A stretch of 13,162 nt of DNA, taken from the NCBI GenBank assembly GCA_031372065.1, contig JANMKN010000340.1, positions 1-13,162 of the forward strand, in the 5' to 3' direction. Shown piece after piece: positions 1-7,184 of the stretch. The position numbers and the translations under genes were made by a program. Within the stretch, counting starts at the first letter, position 1, and each line of letters begins with the position of its first letter. The DNA comes from Abditibacteriaceae bacterium. Its GTDB lineage: Bacteria > Armatimonadota > Abditibacteriia > Abditibacteriales > Abditibacteriaceae. Below the pieces are notes generated by a model, which saw nothing but the letters and a program-made list of their open reading frames with translations, searched no databases and had not been told where the DNA came from.

Positions 1-14
1 CATGGAATGTGGGG

Positions 15-120
15 CCGCTCCCCTGGGGGGTGTGGTTTGGTGAGGGCAACGAGGTCGTATCGCGACCTCTTATGCAACGGAAACCCTTCACCCCACCCCT
101 CTCCCCAAGGGGAGAGGGGT
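15..120. repeat. REPIN-like inverted pair of CCCTCACCCC..CCCTCTCCC..GGGAGAGGG-type palindromic repeats
   Basis: 84-119 reads cccttcaccccacccctctccccaaggggagagggg and contains a perfect 12-bp stem (95-106/109-120). 15-46 is a degenerate reverse complement of it. There is an inner hairpin gaggtcg-N5-cgacctc at 51-69. Confidence 0.6.
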
Positions 121-163
121 CTTTTCAAACAGCCTTTTAAAGGCGCGACACGCGCGGCTGGAG

Positions 164-550
164 TTACCAGAAAGCATTGTCTTCACGTTCCTGCACTTTT
201 TGGAGACGAAACTCAGCGATCTTGCGAATCAGTTCTTCGGGCAGAGGCTTGTCGTAGGGAAGCTGAAGGTAGTTCTTGGTCGTCTTGTGCGTTTCCAATT
301 CCTCGCGAAACGCTTCCAGCGCTGTCGGTGTGGGCGCGAAGTTGCAGTGTGCTTTGTGCGCGGAGAACGCGAACACGAAGCGCGGCTCCACGAAGTAGGG
401 CGTGCCCCACTTGATGATTTCTTCGGCTTCTGGCGCGACGCTTTTAAGAATCGCGTATAGCTGGCGCAAATGCGGCTGCGCCTCGCGCGGAGCCGCCTCA
501 ATATACTCGGCGATTGTCGTCGGGCGCTTGGTTGAAATGGGTGGTTGCAT
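164..550 (-). CDS. DUF1801/YdhG-like (iron chaperone family) protein
   Basis: Motifs TIAEYIEAAP, LRQLYAILKSVAPEAEEIIKWGTP and FPYDKPLP-like LPYDKPLPEELIRKI are typical of DUF1801 proteins. The ATG at 550 is preferred; the ORF is open to 589. Confidence 0.8.
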   Translation of the reverse strand: MQPPISTKRPTTIAEYIEAAPREAQPHLRQLYAILKSVAPEAEEIIKWGTPYFVEPRFVFAFSAHKAHCNFAPTPTALEAFREELETHKTTKNYLQLPYDKPLPEELIRKIAEFRLQKVQEREDNAFW

Positions 551-705
551 AGTTTGTAAGTATATAGGTAGCTCTTGAACGTCCATCACGCTGACAGATA
601 AAAGGCTACATTTGTGGCCGGGCGCAAGCCCCGCCTATTTAGATAGGCTCTAAGTTCGCCACCCCTTGCCAACATAGTCTCTTGTTCGTCCGCTGTTGGA
701 CATTT

Positions 706-1164
706 TCAGTTTGATACTTCGGCGTGCTTAAGCAACTCGGCAATGGCGATGAGTCCATACGATTCTGCAATTTCTATTGCTTCTTGATCAATACCTATTT
801 TAACGCTCGCGCCGTATTGTAGAAGAAGCTGAACAACATTGATGTCCGCCGTCTTGACAGCCTTGCACAATGGAGTCTCATCTTCAACATTCTTTGCATC
901 GGGATTTGCGCCGGCATCAAGCAAAAGTTTTATGATTTCCGTATCTGGCTTCTTGTATGAACAGGCCAAGTGCAACGGGGTTTGACCCCAGCTGTCTTCC
1001 TTATTAAGTTCTGCTTTTGCTTCCACTCCTGAATTTTGGCTTAAGATGAGCCGTATAGCTTCAACATCTTTCCATCGCACTGCCCACATCAATGGCGTGC
1101 GATTATATTCCTTATCGTCTTTGTAAGCAAGAATTCTCGATTCGACTGATTTGTTGTTCATCAT
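706..1164 (-). CDS. ankyrin repeat protein (about 3-4 repeats)
   Basis: Ankyrin consensus segments RTPLMWAV, GQTPLHLAC...IIKLLLDAGANPDAKN and ETPLCKAV...VVQLLLQYGA. AT-richer than the housekeeping genes. Confidence 0.9.
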   Translation of the reverse strand: MMNNKSVESRILAYKDDKEYNRTPLMWAVRWKDVEAIRLILSQNSGVEAKAELNKEDSWGQTPLHLACSYKKPDTEIIKLLLDAGANPDAKNVEDETPLCKAVKTADINVVQLLLQYGASVKIGIDQEAIEIAESYGLIAIAELLKHAEVSN

Positions 1165-1411
1165 TCGTTCATTTTAACATTTGCGCCTATAGCAACGCCG
1201 CGCGCCGCAGCCCAATAATGCAACTCACCCGCAAATTTCCGCCGTAAAAGCGCGTCTTTGTGCTGGAAAGTGCCCAAATTGGCCTGAAAAAGCCGCAAAA
1301 ACTCCTCTGGGGCATGATTCCGCGTTTTGTGGCGCAAAAATGCAAGCGTTTGATGCCTTTTGTCCCTTGTGAAGTGGCATTTTGAGGCTGGTTACACACA
1401 AAAATTGCTTG

Positions 1412-1915
1412 TAGAGGCGCAGGTTTTCATTGATGCTGTTCATGCGATGACTATGTGCTTTCATTCAAGTATTGTAGATGGTCGTGTAAAAAGTGCTTCA
1501 ACTAATTCAACACCTGTGGGTAAATATAAGTTGTATAAGTATGCTAATTCAGTCTATGTATGTGCTTATTCAATTCCTGTATGTGCTCATGTCAAATTTA
1601 TATGTGGTCATGTGAGTGTTCTATCTATTCATGTAAAATTTACATACTATAATTCGGACTTACACAAGCAGATGCAAGTTTGACATAAGCACATGCAAGA
1701 CTCACCTGAGCACATATAAGAATTGAATTGCAAGGTATACAAGATGAATAAGCACATGGATAGATTATATAATCAGATACAAGAAATCAATTATCATGTG
1801 TAAGTTCTATATGAACGCATGCAGCATTTGCGTGTTATCATGCAACATTTACAGAAGCAAAGATAGGTATTGAATGGACGCGCATAGACAAATCACGGAC
1901 GTTCGCATACAATAA
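1412..1915. repeat. bipartite degenerate 21-bp-period array with inverted left and right halves
   Basis: Left units include 1559 tatgtgcttattcaattcctg, 1580 tatgtgctcatgtcaaattta, 1601 tatgtggtcatgtgagtgttc and 1622 tatctattcatgtaaaattta. Right units include 1664 acaagcagatgcaagtttgac, 1685 ataagcacatgcaagactcac, 1706 ctgagcacatataagaattga and 1748 ataagcacatggatagattat. The right units are rotated reverse complements of the left consensus. Outer boundaries are fuzzy. Confidence 0.85.
1885..1913 (+). promoter_or_regulatory. sigma70-type promoter for the 321-aa gene
   Basis: TAGACA (1885-1890), a 17-bp spacer and TACAAT (1908-1913); each hexamer has one mismatch to consensus. GGAGGA RBS at 1941-1946 precedes the ATG at 1953. 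Confidence 0.7.
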
Positions 1916-1952
1916 AAACAGCGAAGAAGGGAATTTTTGGGGAGGAACAACT

Positions 1953-2918
1953 ATGCCTCGTTTGACTTTGCAAGAGCGCGAAGTGCTCATGGATACCTAT
2001 GACGGCCACTATGCGCTGCTTTTAAAGCAGTCTGCCGGTTGGGAAATTGAAGAAGGGTTTGGCCTTGGCGAATTACGCGCCCTATTTCAAACCTATCTCG
2101 ACACGCAAAACGACATCAGCACCAACGAAACAACCCTCAGCGTGCAGCGTAACCAACGCGATGCCTTATTTGGCCGCGATATCGAAGACATCAATGGCAT
2201 TTGGTTTGTGTTGGGCCTGTATAAGCAGATGGCGCGTTCCCGACTGCCCAAAAGTAGTGCGCTCCGCAAAACCGATCTAACCATCGGGAAAGTGTCCCCC
2301 GCCGCTTACGACGCGATTTTAGGCCGCTTCATCGAACACTGGAAACTCGTCAATGCCGCATTGCCTGTCAACAAGCCGCTGGTCATTGCCGGAAAAACCT
2401 TGGCCGATGTGCAAGCCCTGCGGCAGCAAATCGCGGATTTGAAGACCGAGATTACCGAAACGCTGCCCACGCGGTTAGAGGCCATGCGCAGCGAACGCGA
2501 ACAGTTGTTCGGCGATGTCATCGCGGACGAACGCGAACCGACTTCTATTATCGGACGGTTGGAAAGTTACGGCGTCGAAGTGAAATCGCAGTTTGCGGGC
2601 GACGTGCTGACCAAAACTATCCCCCGTATTTTCCCCGACGAAGCCGCCACGCCACGCTTTGCCTTCAATTTCCGCGTGGCGGGCAGCGATGTGGTTATCT
2701 GGTGGACGATGCGCGAAACCTTGCAAAATCGCGCTGCCGTGATTTATCTCAAAGCAGGCAGCTTCGCGGAAACTCGCTCAATTCCCGCCGCGCCCTATAA
2801 AGTCACCTTTGCCGGTGCCGAACCAGAAGACGGATTGGACGCAGTGGAATTGCGCAACGCCGACAGCAAAACCATCGCCAAGGGCCGCCACGATGCCAGT
2901 TTGAGCGAGCCTGCGTAA
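1953..2918 (+). CDS. hypothetical protein, 321 aa (predicted helical/coiled-coil N-terminal region plus a beta-rich C-terminal domain)
   Basis: Long ORF with a strong RBS, its own promoter and a terminator. Heptad-like segments (LADVQALRQQIADLKTEI), a Pro-rich linker (IPRIFPDEAATP), then alternating beta-strand patterns (RFAFNFRV, DVVIWW, AVIYLK, YKVTF, AVELRN). No signal peptide and no family recognised. Confidence 0.85.
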   Translation: MPRLTLQEREVLMDTYDGHYALLLKQSAGWEIEEGFGLGELRALFQTYLDTQNDISTNETTLSVQRNQRDALFGRDIEDINGIWFVLGLYKQMARSRLPKSSALRKTDLTIGKVSPAAYDAILGRFIEHWKLVNAALPVNKPLVIAGKTLADVQALRQQIADLKTEITETLPTRLEAMRSEREQLFGDVIADEREPTSIIGRLESYGVEVKSQFAGDVLTKTIPRIFPDEAATPRFAFNFRVAGSDVVIWWTMRETLQNRAAVIYLKAGSFAETRSIPAAPYKVTFAGAEPEDGLDAVELRNADSKTIAKGRHDASLSEPA

Positions 2919-2955
2919 GGCGTAGTCGGCATAGCAAGCCATGCCCTAAGAAAAC

Positions 2956-2993
2956 AAAAGAGCGCGACGAGAATCTTCTCGTCGCGCTCTTTT
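2956..2993. terminator. bidirectional rho-independent terminator
   Basis: Perfect 18-bp inverted repeat aaaagagcgcgacgagaa-tc-ttctcgtcgcgctctttt with an A-tract before and a T-tract after, between convergent genes. Confidence 0.85.
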
Positions 2994-3034
2994 ACATAAC
3001 CTCAAGTTGCTATCTATGGGTTGTGCCGCAGAAA

Positions 3035-3170
3035 ACCCCCACCTAATCCTGCCCGCAAGCGGGCGCCCGCCCAAAGGGGAGGAATTACGCGTCTCCATCG
3101 AAAAATGCGCTTCATAGGCATAGCTCTTCCCCTTTGGGCGGGCGCCCTCTGGGCAGGATTGGATGGGGGT
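3035..3170. repeat. REPIN-like element with about 46-49-bp inverted arms
   Basis: Left arm 3035-3083 is acccccacctaatcctgccc-gcaagc-gggcgcccgcccaaaggggagga. The reverse complement of right arm 3125-3170 is acccccatccaatcctgccc-aga-gggcgcccgcccaaaggggaaga. Confidence 0.8.
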
Positions 3171-3203
3171 ATATGCCAAGAAACCAAGCGTGATTTTGCT
3201 GAT

Positions 3204-3500
3204 TTACTCTTCGTCTGTTGACGTGGGGGTAGCGGGTGGCAATTGCTTTTGAGCGCGCAAAGTTTCAATTTCGAAGCGCAAGGCGAGTTTTTCACGCTCA
3301 TGCGCCTCGTTTTGTTGCATCAGTTGGATTTGATAGGCCAAATGTTGAATTGCTTCGCGGAGTTCGTGGACTTCGGCTTGTGTAGCAGCGCTAAGATCGC
3401 GCATTTCGGTTTGCAATTGCTTGAGATCGGCGCGATTTTGTTGTAAGTCTTTGCCAAAATTGAAAAGCAAATTGGCAATCTCGTAAAGACTCTTGAGCAT
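3204..3500 (-). CDS. hypothetical coiled-coil protein, 98 aa
   Basis: Amphipathic N-terminus (MLKSLYEIANLLFNFGKDL) followed by heptad repeats. Starts 2 nt after the stop of the upstream small ORF. Confidence 0.75.
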   Translation of the reverse strand: MLKSLYEIANLLFNFGKDLQQNRADLKQLQTEMRDLSAATQAEVHELREAIQHLAYQIQLMQQNEAHEREKLALRFEIETLRAQKQLPPATPTSTDEE

Positions 3501-3502
3501 GG

Positions 3503-3682
3503 TCAGGAGCCTTTCATTTGAGAGAGAATAACGCGGGTTTCAGCGCGCAAGGCTTCGATTTCGCGCTGGTCGTTAGTCATTTCTTCGCGCAAGTTTTTCA
3601 TGGCGGCTATGAATTGATCTATAGCCGATTGGTATTCTTCATCGGTCTTGTCAGGCACCGCTTTTTCCAGCATGGTTTCCAT
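3503..3682 (-). CDS. small hypothetical coiled-coil protein, 59 aa (absent from the ORF track)
   Basis: Manual translation gives METMLEKAVPDKTDEEYQSAIDQFIAAMKNLREEMTNDQREIEALRAETRVILSQMKGS*. GAGGTG RBS lies 7 nt upstream. It fills the gap between cysteine synthase and the 98-aa gene. Confidence 0.75.
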   Translation of the reverse strand: METMLEKAVPDKTDEEYQSAIDQFIAAMKNLREEMTNDQREIEALRAETRVILSQMKGS

Positions 3683-3712
3683 GATACTTCACCTCAAAAA
3701 ACATTTTAGCAC

Positions 3713-4720
3713 TCACAAATGCATACGGCCCAGTTGGGTTAAATATCTGTCGCCCCGGTCGCAGAGAATGGTAACAACGATGGCTTGATTCTCTTCGGAA
3801 TACGCGCCGGAGGCTTCGAGTTGTTCGCCGAGTTGCAGCGAAGCATGGACGGCGGCGCCTGCGGAAAAGCCAACGAAGATGCCTTCTTCTTTGGCGAGGC
3901 GCGCTTGCATATCGTAGGCGTCTTCGGTGCGCGCGGGAATCATTTCGTCGTGTAGTTCGGCGTGATAAATACCGGGCACAATCGAAGTTTCGAGATGCTT
4001 TAAGCCTTCGATGCCGTGCAATTCGTTGTCGGGTTCGACGGCGTAAATCTTCGGCGCGGGCGTTTGCTCTTTCAGAAAGCGGCCCGTGCCCATCAAAGTG
4101 CCGGTGGTGCCGACGGTTGCCAAAAAGTGCGTGACGCGGCCATGCGTTTGGCGCCAGATTTCGGGGCCGGTGCCAGTGTAATGCGCTAAAGCATTCGCTT
4201 CGTTGTTGTATTGATCGGGTTTGAAGTAAATGTCAGGGTTTTCGGCGTAGATTTGTCGCGCCAAAAGAATGGCGCCATCGGAGCCGTCGTATTTGTTGGA
4301 CAGAATCACTTCGGCGCCATACATGGCCAGAATCGCGCTTCGTTCGGGCGACACGTTACCGGGCAAAACCAGTTTCACTTTGTAGCCCAGCGCCGCGCCA
4401 ATCATGGCGTAGGCGATGCCGGTATTGCCCGAAGTCGAATCGAGAATGATTTTGTCTTTGGTCAGTTCGCCGCTTTTGATGCCCCGACAAATCATCTGAA
4501 AGGCAGCGCGGTCTTTGACGCTGCCACCGGGGTTGAGATATTCGGCTTTGCCGTAGATTTCGACGGTCTTTAAATGGGCGGGAATGTGATTGAGACGAAA
4601 CAGCGGCGTGTTGCCGATGTAGTCCATAATCGGAATCGCCTCGACGCCTTGTTTTTCCAGCGGCGGCGGCGCGCATGGCGTCACCACTGCGTTACTGAGA
4701 TGCCCGTTGCTCTGATTCAT
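3713..4720 (-). CDS. cysM: PLP-dependent cysteine synthase (CysM/CysK family)
   Basis: IGNTPL, NPGGSVKDR (PLP lysine), TSGNTG, HYTGTGPEIW, GTTGT and CDRGDRYL. The adjacent Mec-like gene favours the CysM type. Confidence 0.85.
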   Translation of the reverse strand: MNQSNGHLSNAVVTPCAPPPLEKQGVEAIPIMDYIGNTPLFRLNHIPAHLKTVEIYGKAEYLNPGGSVKDRAAFQMICRGIKSGELTKDKIILDSTSGNTGIAYAMIGAALGYKVKLVLPGNVSPERSAILAMYGAEVILSNKYDGSDGAILLARQIYAENPDIYFKPDQYNNEANALAHYTGTGPEIWRQTHGRVTHFLATVGTTGTLMGTGRFLKEQTPAPKIYAVEPDNELHGIEGLKHLETSIVPGIYHAELHDEMIPARTEDAYDMQARLAKEEGIFVGFSAGAAVHASLQLGEQLEASGAYSEENQAIVVTILCDRGDRYLTQLGRMHL

Positions 4721-4735
4721 GGCCTTTGCACAACG

Positions 4736-5182
4736 TCAAATGATGACGACGGGTTCCTCTCGAATGTCTTCGGGAATGCGGCGGCCTTCGATTTTAAACG
4801 AGCGCGGTTCGGGATTTTCCACATCACGCAGCGACACAATCAAATAGGAAAAACCGGGAAACGTTAAGTCGTCCGAATCGCCCCAATGCGCTTGTTTTAC
4901 ATCCGTCGGCGACGGGTAGGGTTGCGTGGCCGGATGCGTGTGATAAATGCCGACGATTTGCGTGCCTGCCTCGCGCGCTGCTTTTTCGGCGCGCATATAA
5001 TCGCGGGCGTTGATGGTGTAAGTCAGTTCGCTTTGGTCGTCGCTTTGCGCCGGATACACCTCGGCGATAAGAATGTCATCACCGTCTTTGTGGCCCGCCA
5101 AGAGACCGCATATTTCCAGCGGTTTGCCTTCGCGTCCCTGCGCCACAATACGCTCGAATTGGTTTTGGGTCAGTTGCAGCAT
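4736..5182 (-). CDS. JAB/MPN+ (Mov34, M67) metalloprotease, Mec-like [CysO]-cysteine peptidase
   Basis: JAMM motif E-x(n)-HxH-x7-S-x2-D appears as PLEICGLL...GIYHTHPATQPYPSPTD, with YLIVSL downstream. Confidence 0.9.
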   Translation of the reverse strand: MLQLTQNQFERIVAQGREGKPLEICGLLAGHKDGDDILIAEVYPAQSDDQSELTYTINARDYMRAEKAAREAGTQIVGIYHTHPATQPYPSPTDVKQAHWGDSDDLTFPGFSYLIVSLRDVENPEPRSFKIEGRRIPEDIREEPVVII

Positions 5183-5184
5183 AA

Positions 5185-5257
5185 TTGTAGGGGCACGCTA
5201 CAGCGTGCCCTGATTTTGGTATTGACCATTCGGGCACGCCGTAGCGTGCCCCTACAA
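5185..5257. repeat. GTAG-family REP doublet (REPIN)
   Basis: ttgtaggggcacgctacagcgtgccc (5185-5210) and the inverted copy gggcacgccgtagcgtgcccctacaa (5232-5257) differ at 1 of 26 positions. Each has GTAG followed by a GGGCACG/CGTGCCC hairpin. Confidence 0.85.
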
Positions 5258-5260
5258 ATT

Positions 5261-6421
5261 TTAAGCCTTCGGTTTCATCGCCTTAATCAAAACTTCGGCG
5301 ACTTCGGGGCGGGTGAATTCAATCGGCGGGATGATGCCGTCAAGCAACATCTGGCGCACTTTGGTGCCGGACAGCGTGATTTTTTCGGCTCCTTCAGGCA
5401 GCGTTTTGTCGGTGCCCATGCCGTTGACAGTGGGGCTATAATAGGCGTGTTCAAACTTCAAAGGCACGATGTCCATTTCTTCGGGCGTGAATTCATCGAA
5501 GATGTATTGCGCGTCGAAGGTGCCGTAATAGTTGCCGACACCGGCGTGGTCGCGGCCCACAATAAAGTGCGTGCAACCGTAGTTTTTGCGCACGATAGCG
5601 TGAATAATGGCTTCGCGCGGCCCGGCATAACGCATGGCGGCAGGCAAAACCGAAAGCATGACGCGTGAGCGCGGATAGTAATTCTTAATCAGCACTTCGT
5701 AGCATTCCATGCGCACATCGGCGGGAATGTCATCATCTTTGGTGTGGCCGACAAGCGGGTGAATTAAGAGGCCGTCCACGATTTCAAGCGCGCTTTTGGT
5801 GACATATTCATGCGCGCGGTGAATGGGGTTGCGCGTTTGAAACGCCACGATGGTTTTCCAGCCTCGTTCGGCAAAAGCGCGACGCGTTTGTTCGGGCGTC
5901 AAGCGATATTCGGGAAAGTTGGCGTCGCTGCGTTGCGCCAACACCTGAATTTTGCCGCCCAAATGAATGTCGCCGCGACGATACAAATTCTTCACGCCGG
6001 GATGCGCCTCGTCGTCCGTGCGATAGACTTCGCGCGCTTCCCGCTGCTTGTCGTATTTGTAAATGTCTTCCAGCGTCATCACGGCTAAGATGTTGTCGAA
6101 CTTGTCAATCAAGGCGACTTCTTCGTCTTGCTTGAGCGATTCGGCTTCGTCGGCGGTGACGGCCAAAGTGATGGGAATCGTCCACGGCAAGCCATTGGCG
6201 AGGCGCTTGTTTATAACAACATTTTCGTAGTCGCCGCGATTCATGAAGCCGTCAAGCGGCGAAAACGCGCCGTTGCCGATCATTTCCAAATCGGAAAGAC
6301 GGCGGTCAGCCAAATAAATTTTCTGCAAATTCTGCGCTTTTTCGCGCAACGCTTCGGCGGCGTCGCCTGTGACAAAGGCATTGATCAGTTTTCCGCCGTG
6401 AGGCGCAATTTCAGTCCGCAT
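5261..6421 (-). CDS. sat: sulfate adenylyltransferase (ATP sulfurylase)
   Basis: [51 protein letters not shown] and SGTKVR. AGGAG RBS upstream. Confidence 0.97.
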   Translation of the reverse strand: MRTEIAPHGGKLINAFVTGDAAEALREKAQNLQKIYLADRRLSDLEMIGNGAFSPLDGFMNRGDYENVVINKRLANGLPWTIPITLAVTADEAESLKQDEEVALIDKFDNILAVMTLEDIYKYDKQREAREVYRTDDEAHPGVKNLYRRGDIHLGGKIQVLAQRSDANFPEYRLTPEQTRRAFAERGWKTIVAFQTRNPIHRAHEYVTKSALEIVDGLLIHPLVGHTKDDDIPADVRMECYEVLIKNYYPRSRVMLSVLPAAMRYAGPREAIIHAIVRKNYGCTHFIVGRDHAGVGNYYGTFDAQYIFDEFTPEEMDIVPLKFEHAYYSPTVNGMGTDKTLPEGAEKITLSGTKVRQMLLDGIIPPIEFTRPEVAEVLIKAMKPKA

Positions 6422-6450
6422 ATCCTAATTTCTCCTGAGATGTTCACTCG

Positions 6451-6496
6451 CAAAGGCGCCCCGGCGGGCGAAAAATGCCTTGCCGGGGCGCCTTTG
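6451..6496. terminator. strong intergenic stem-loop between rrf2 and sat (terminator, attenuator or mRNA stabiliser)
   Basis: 15-bp perfect arms caaaggcgccccggc (6451-6465) and gccggggcgcctttg (6482-6496). Only a short U-tract follows. Confidence 0.55.
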
Positions 6497-6506
6497 TAAG
6501 ACGATT

Positions 6507-7034
6507 TTAATTCAAAACCACCAACGGCACGCTCGAAACCTTGTGCTGTTTGCCGGTTTCGTAGGTGCGAATGGGCATACCGTAGCGCCGTTCCTGCCGT
6601 TCGAGCAATTCGGCCAAAGTTAGCCGCTTGAGAACTTCTTCCATTGCGTCGCGCATTTCGCGCCACACTTCCTGCACCGCGCAGCTACCGCTGGCGAGGC
6701 ACGAATTATCTTTGTCGGCTTTCGACATCGGCAAGGCGTCGGCGGGCACTCCGGCGGAAAGGCACATCATCGGGTCGAGTGGCCCTTCGAGTGCGACAAG
6801 CGCATCGAAAACTGTGATTTCCTCGGCGGGTTTGGCGAGCAAATAACCACCGGTGGCGCCGCGCCGTGCCTTGATTAAACCGGCAGTTTTCAGAGCGGGC
6901 ACGATTTGCTCCAGATAATCCAGCGAAATGTGCTGACGTTCGGCGATGTCGCGCAGCGACAGGGCCGTCCCCGTTTCGATGCCCAGTTCCATCAAGGCAC
7001 GTAATCCGTATTCTCCGCGTGTTGAAATTCTCAT
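6507..7034 (-). CDS. Rrf2 family transcriptional regulator (IscR/CymR-like, with three Cys)
   Basis: MRISTRGEYGLRALMEL, IAERQHISLDYLEQI, RGATGGYLLAKP and LEG. Cys residues in MMCL...NSCLASGSCAV. First gene of the sulfur operon. Confidence 0.92.
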   Translation of the reverse strand: MRISTRGEYGLRALMELGIETGTALSLRDIAERQHISLDYLEQIVPALKTAGLIKARRGATGGYLLAKPAEEITVFDALVALEGPLDPMMCLSAGVPADALPMSKADKDNSCLASGSCAVQEVWREMRDAMEEVLKRLTLAELLERQERRYGMPIRTYETGKQHKVSSVPLVVLN

Positions 7035-7184
7035 TTGCGACTTGGAAATTGAGGATTTATCGCTTCTTTACTTGTTTCGCAGGCAGCAAAAACGCAAACT
7101 AAATCCCTCAAATGCCGCAGGCAGTATAATGAAGGGGCTGCCAAGGCACAACCAAACCGCAATCAAAACCTACCTTTCAAGCAG

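Noticed and set aside
616..637. Degenerate single REP-like hairpin ggccgggcgcaagccccgccta
   Set aside because: Single, short and imperfect, with no second copy in the window.
1187..1683. ORFs 1360..1683(+), 1225..1464(-) and 1187..1399(-) as real genes
   Set aside because: No RBS, odd composition and mutual overlap. They are largely translations of the degenerate array and its flank.
1412..2918. Diversity-generating retroelement or retron
   Set aside because: No reverse transcriptase motifs (such as YxDD in an RT fold) in the 321-aa ORF, and no TR/VR pair with adenine-specific mismatches is visible.
1189..3013. Terminal inverted repeats atagcaac (1189-1196) / gttgctat (3006-3013) delimiting a mobile unit
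   Set aside because: Only 8 bp, no target-site duplication seen and no transposase; compatible with chance.
4211..6846. Long plus-strand ORFs antisense to the sulfur operon (e.g. 4886..5668)
   Set aside because: Shadow ORFs of well-supported minus-strand genes, with no recognisable motifs.
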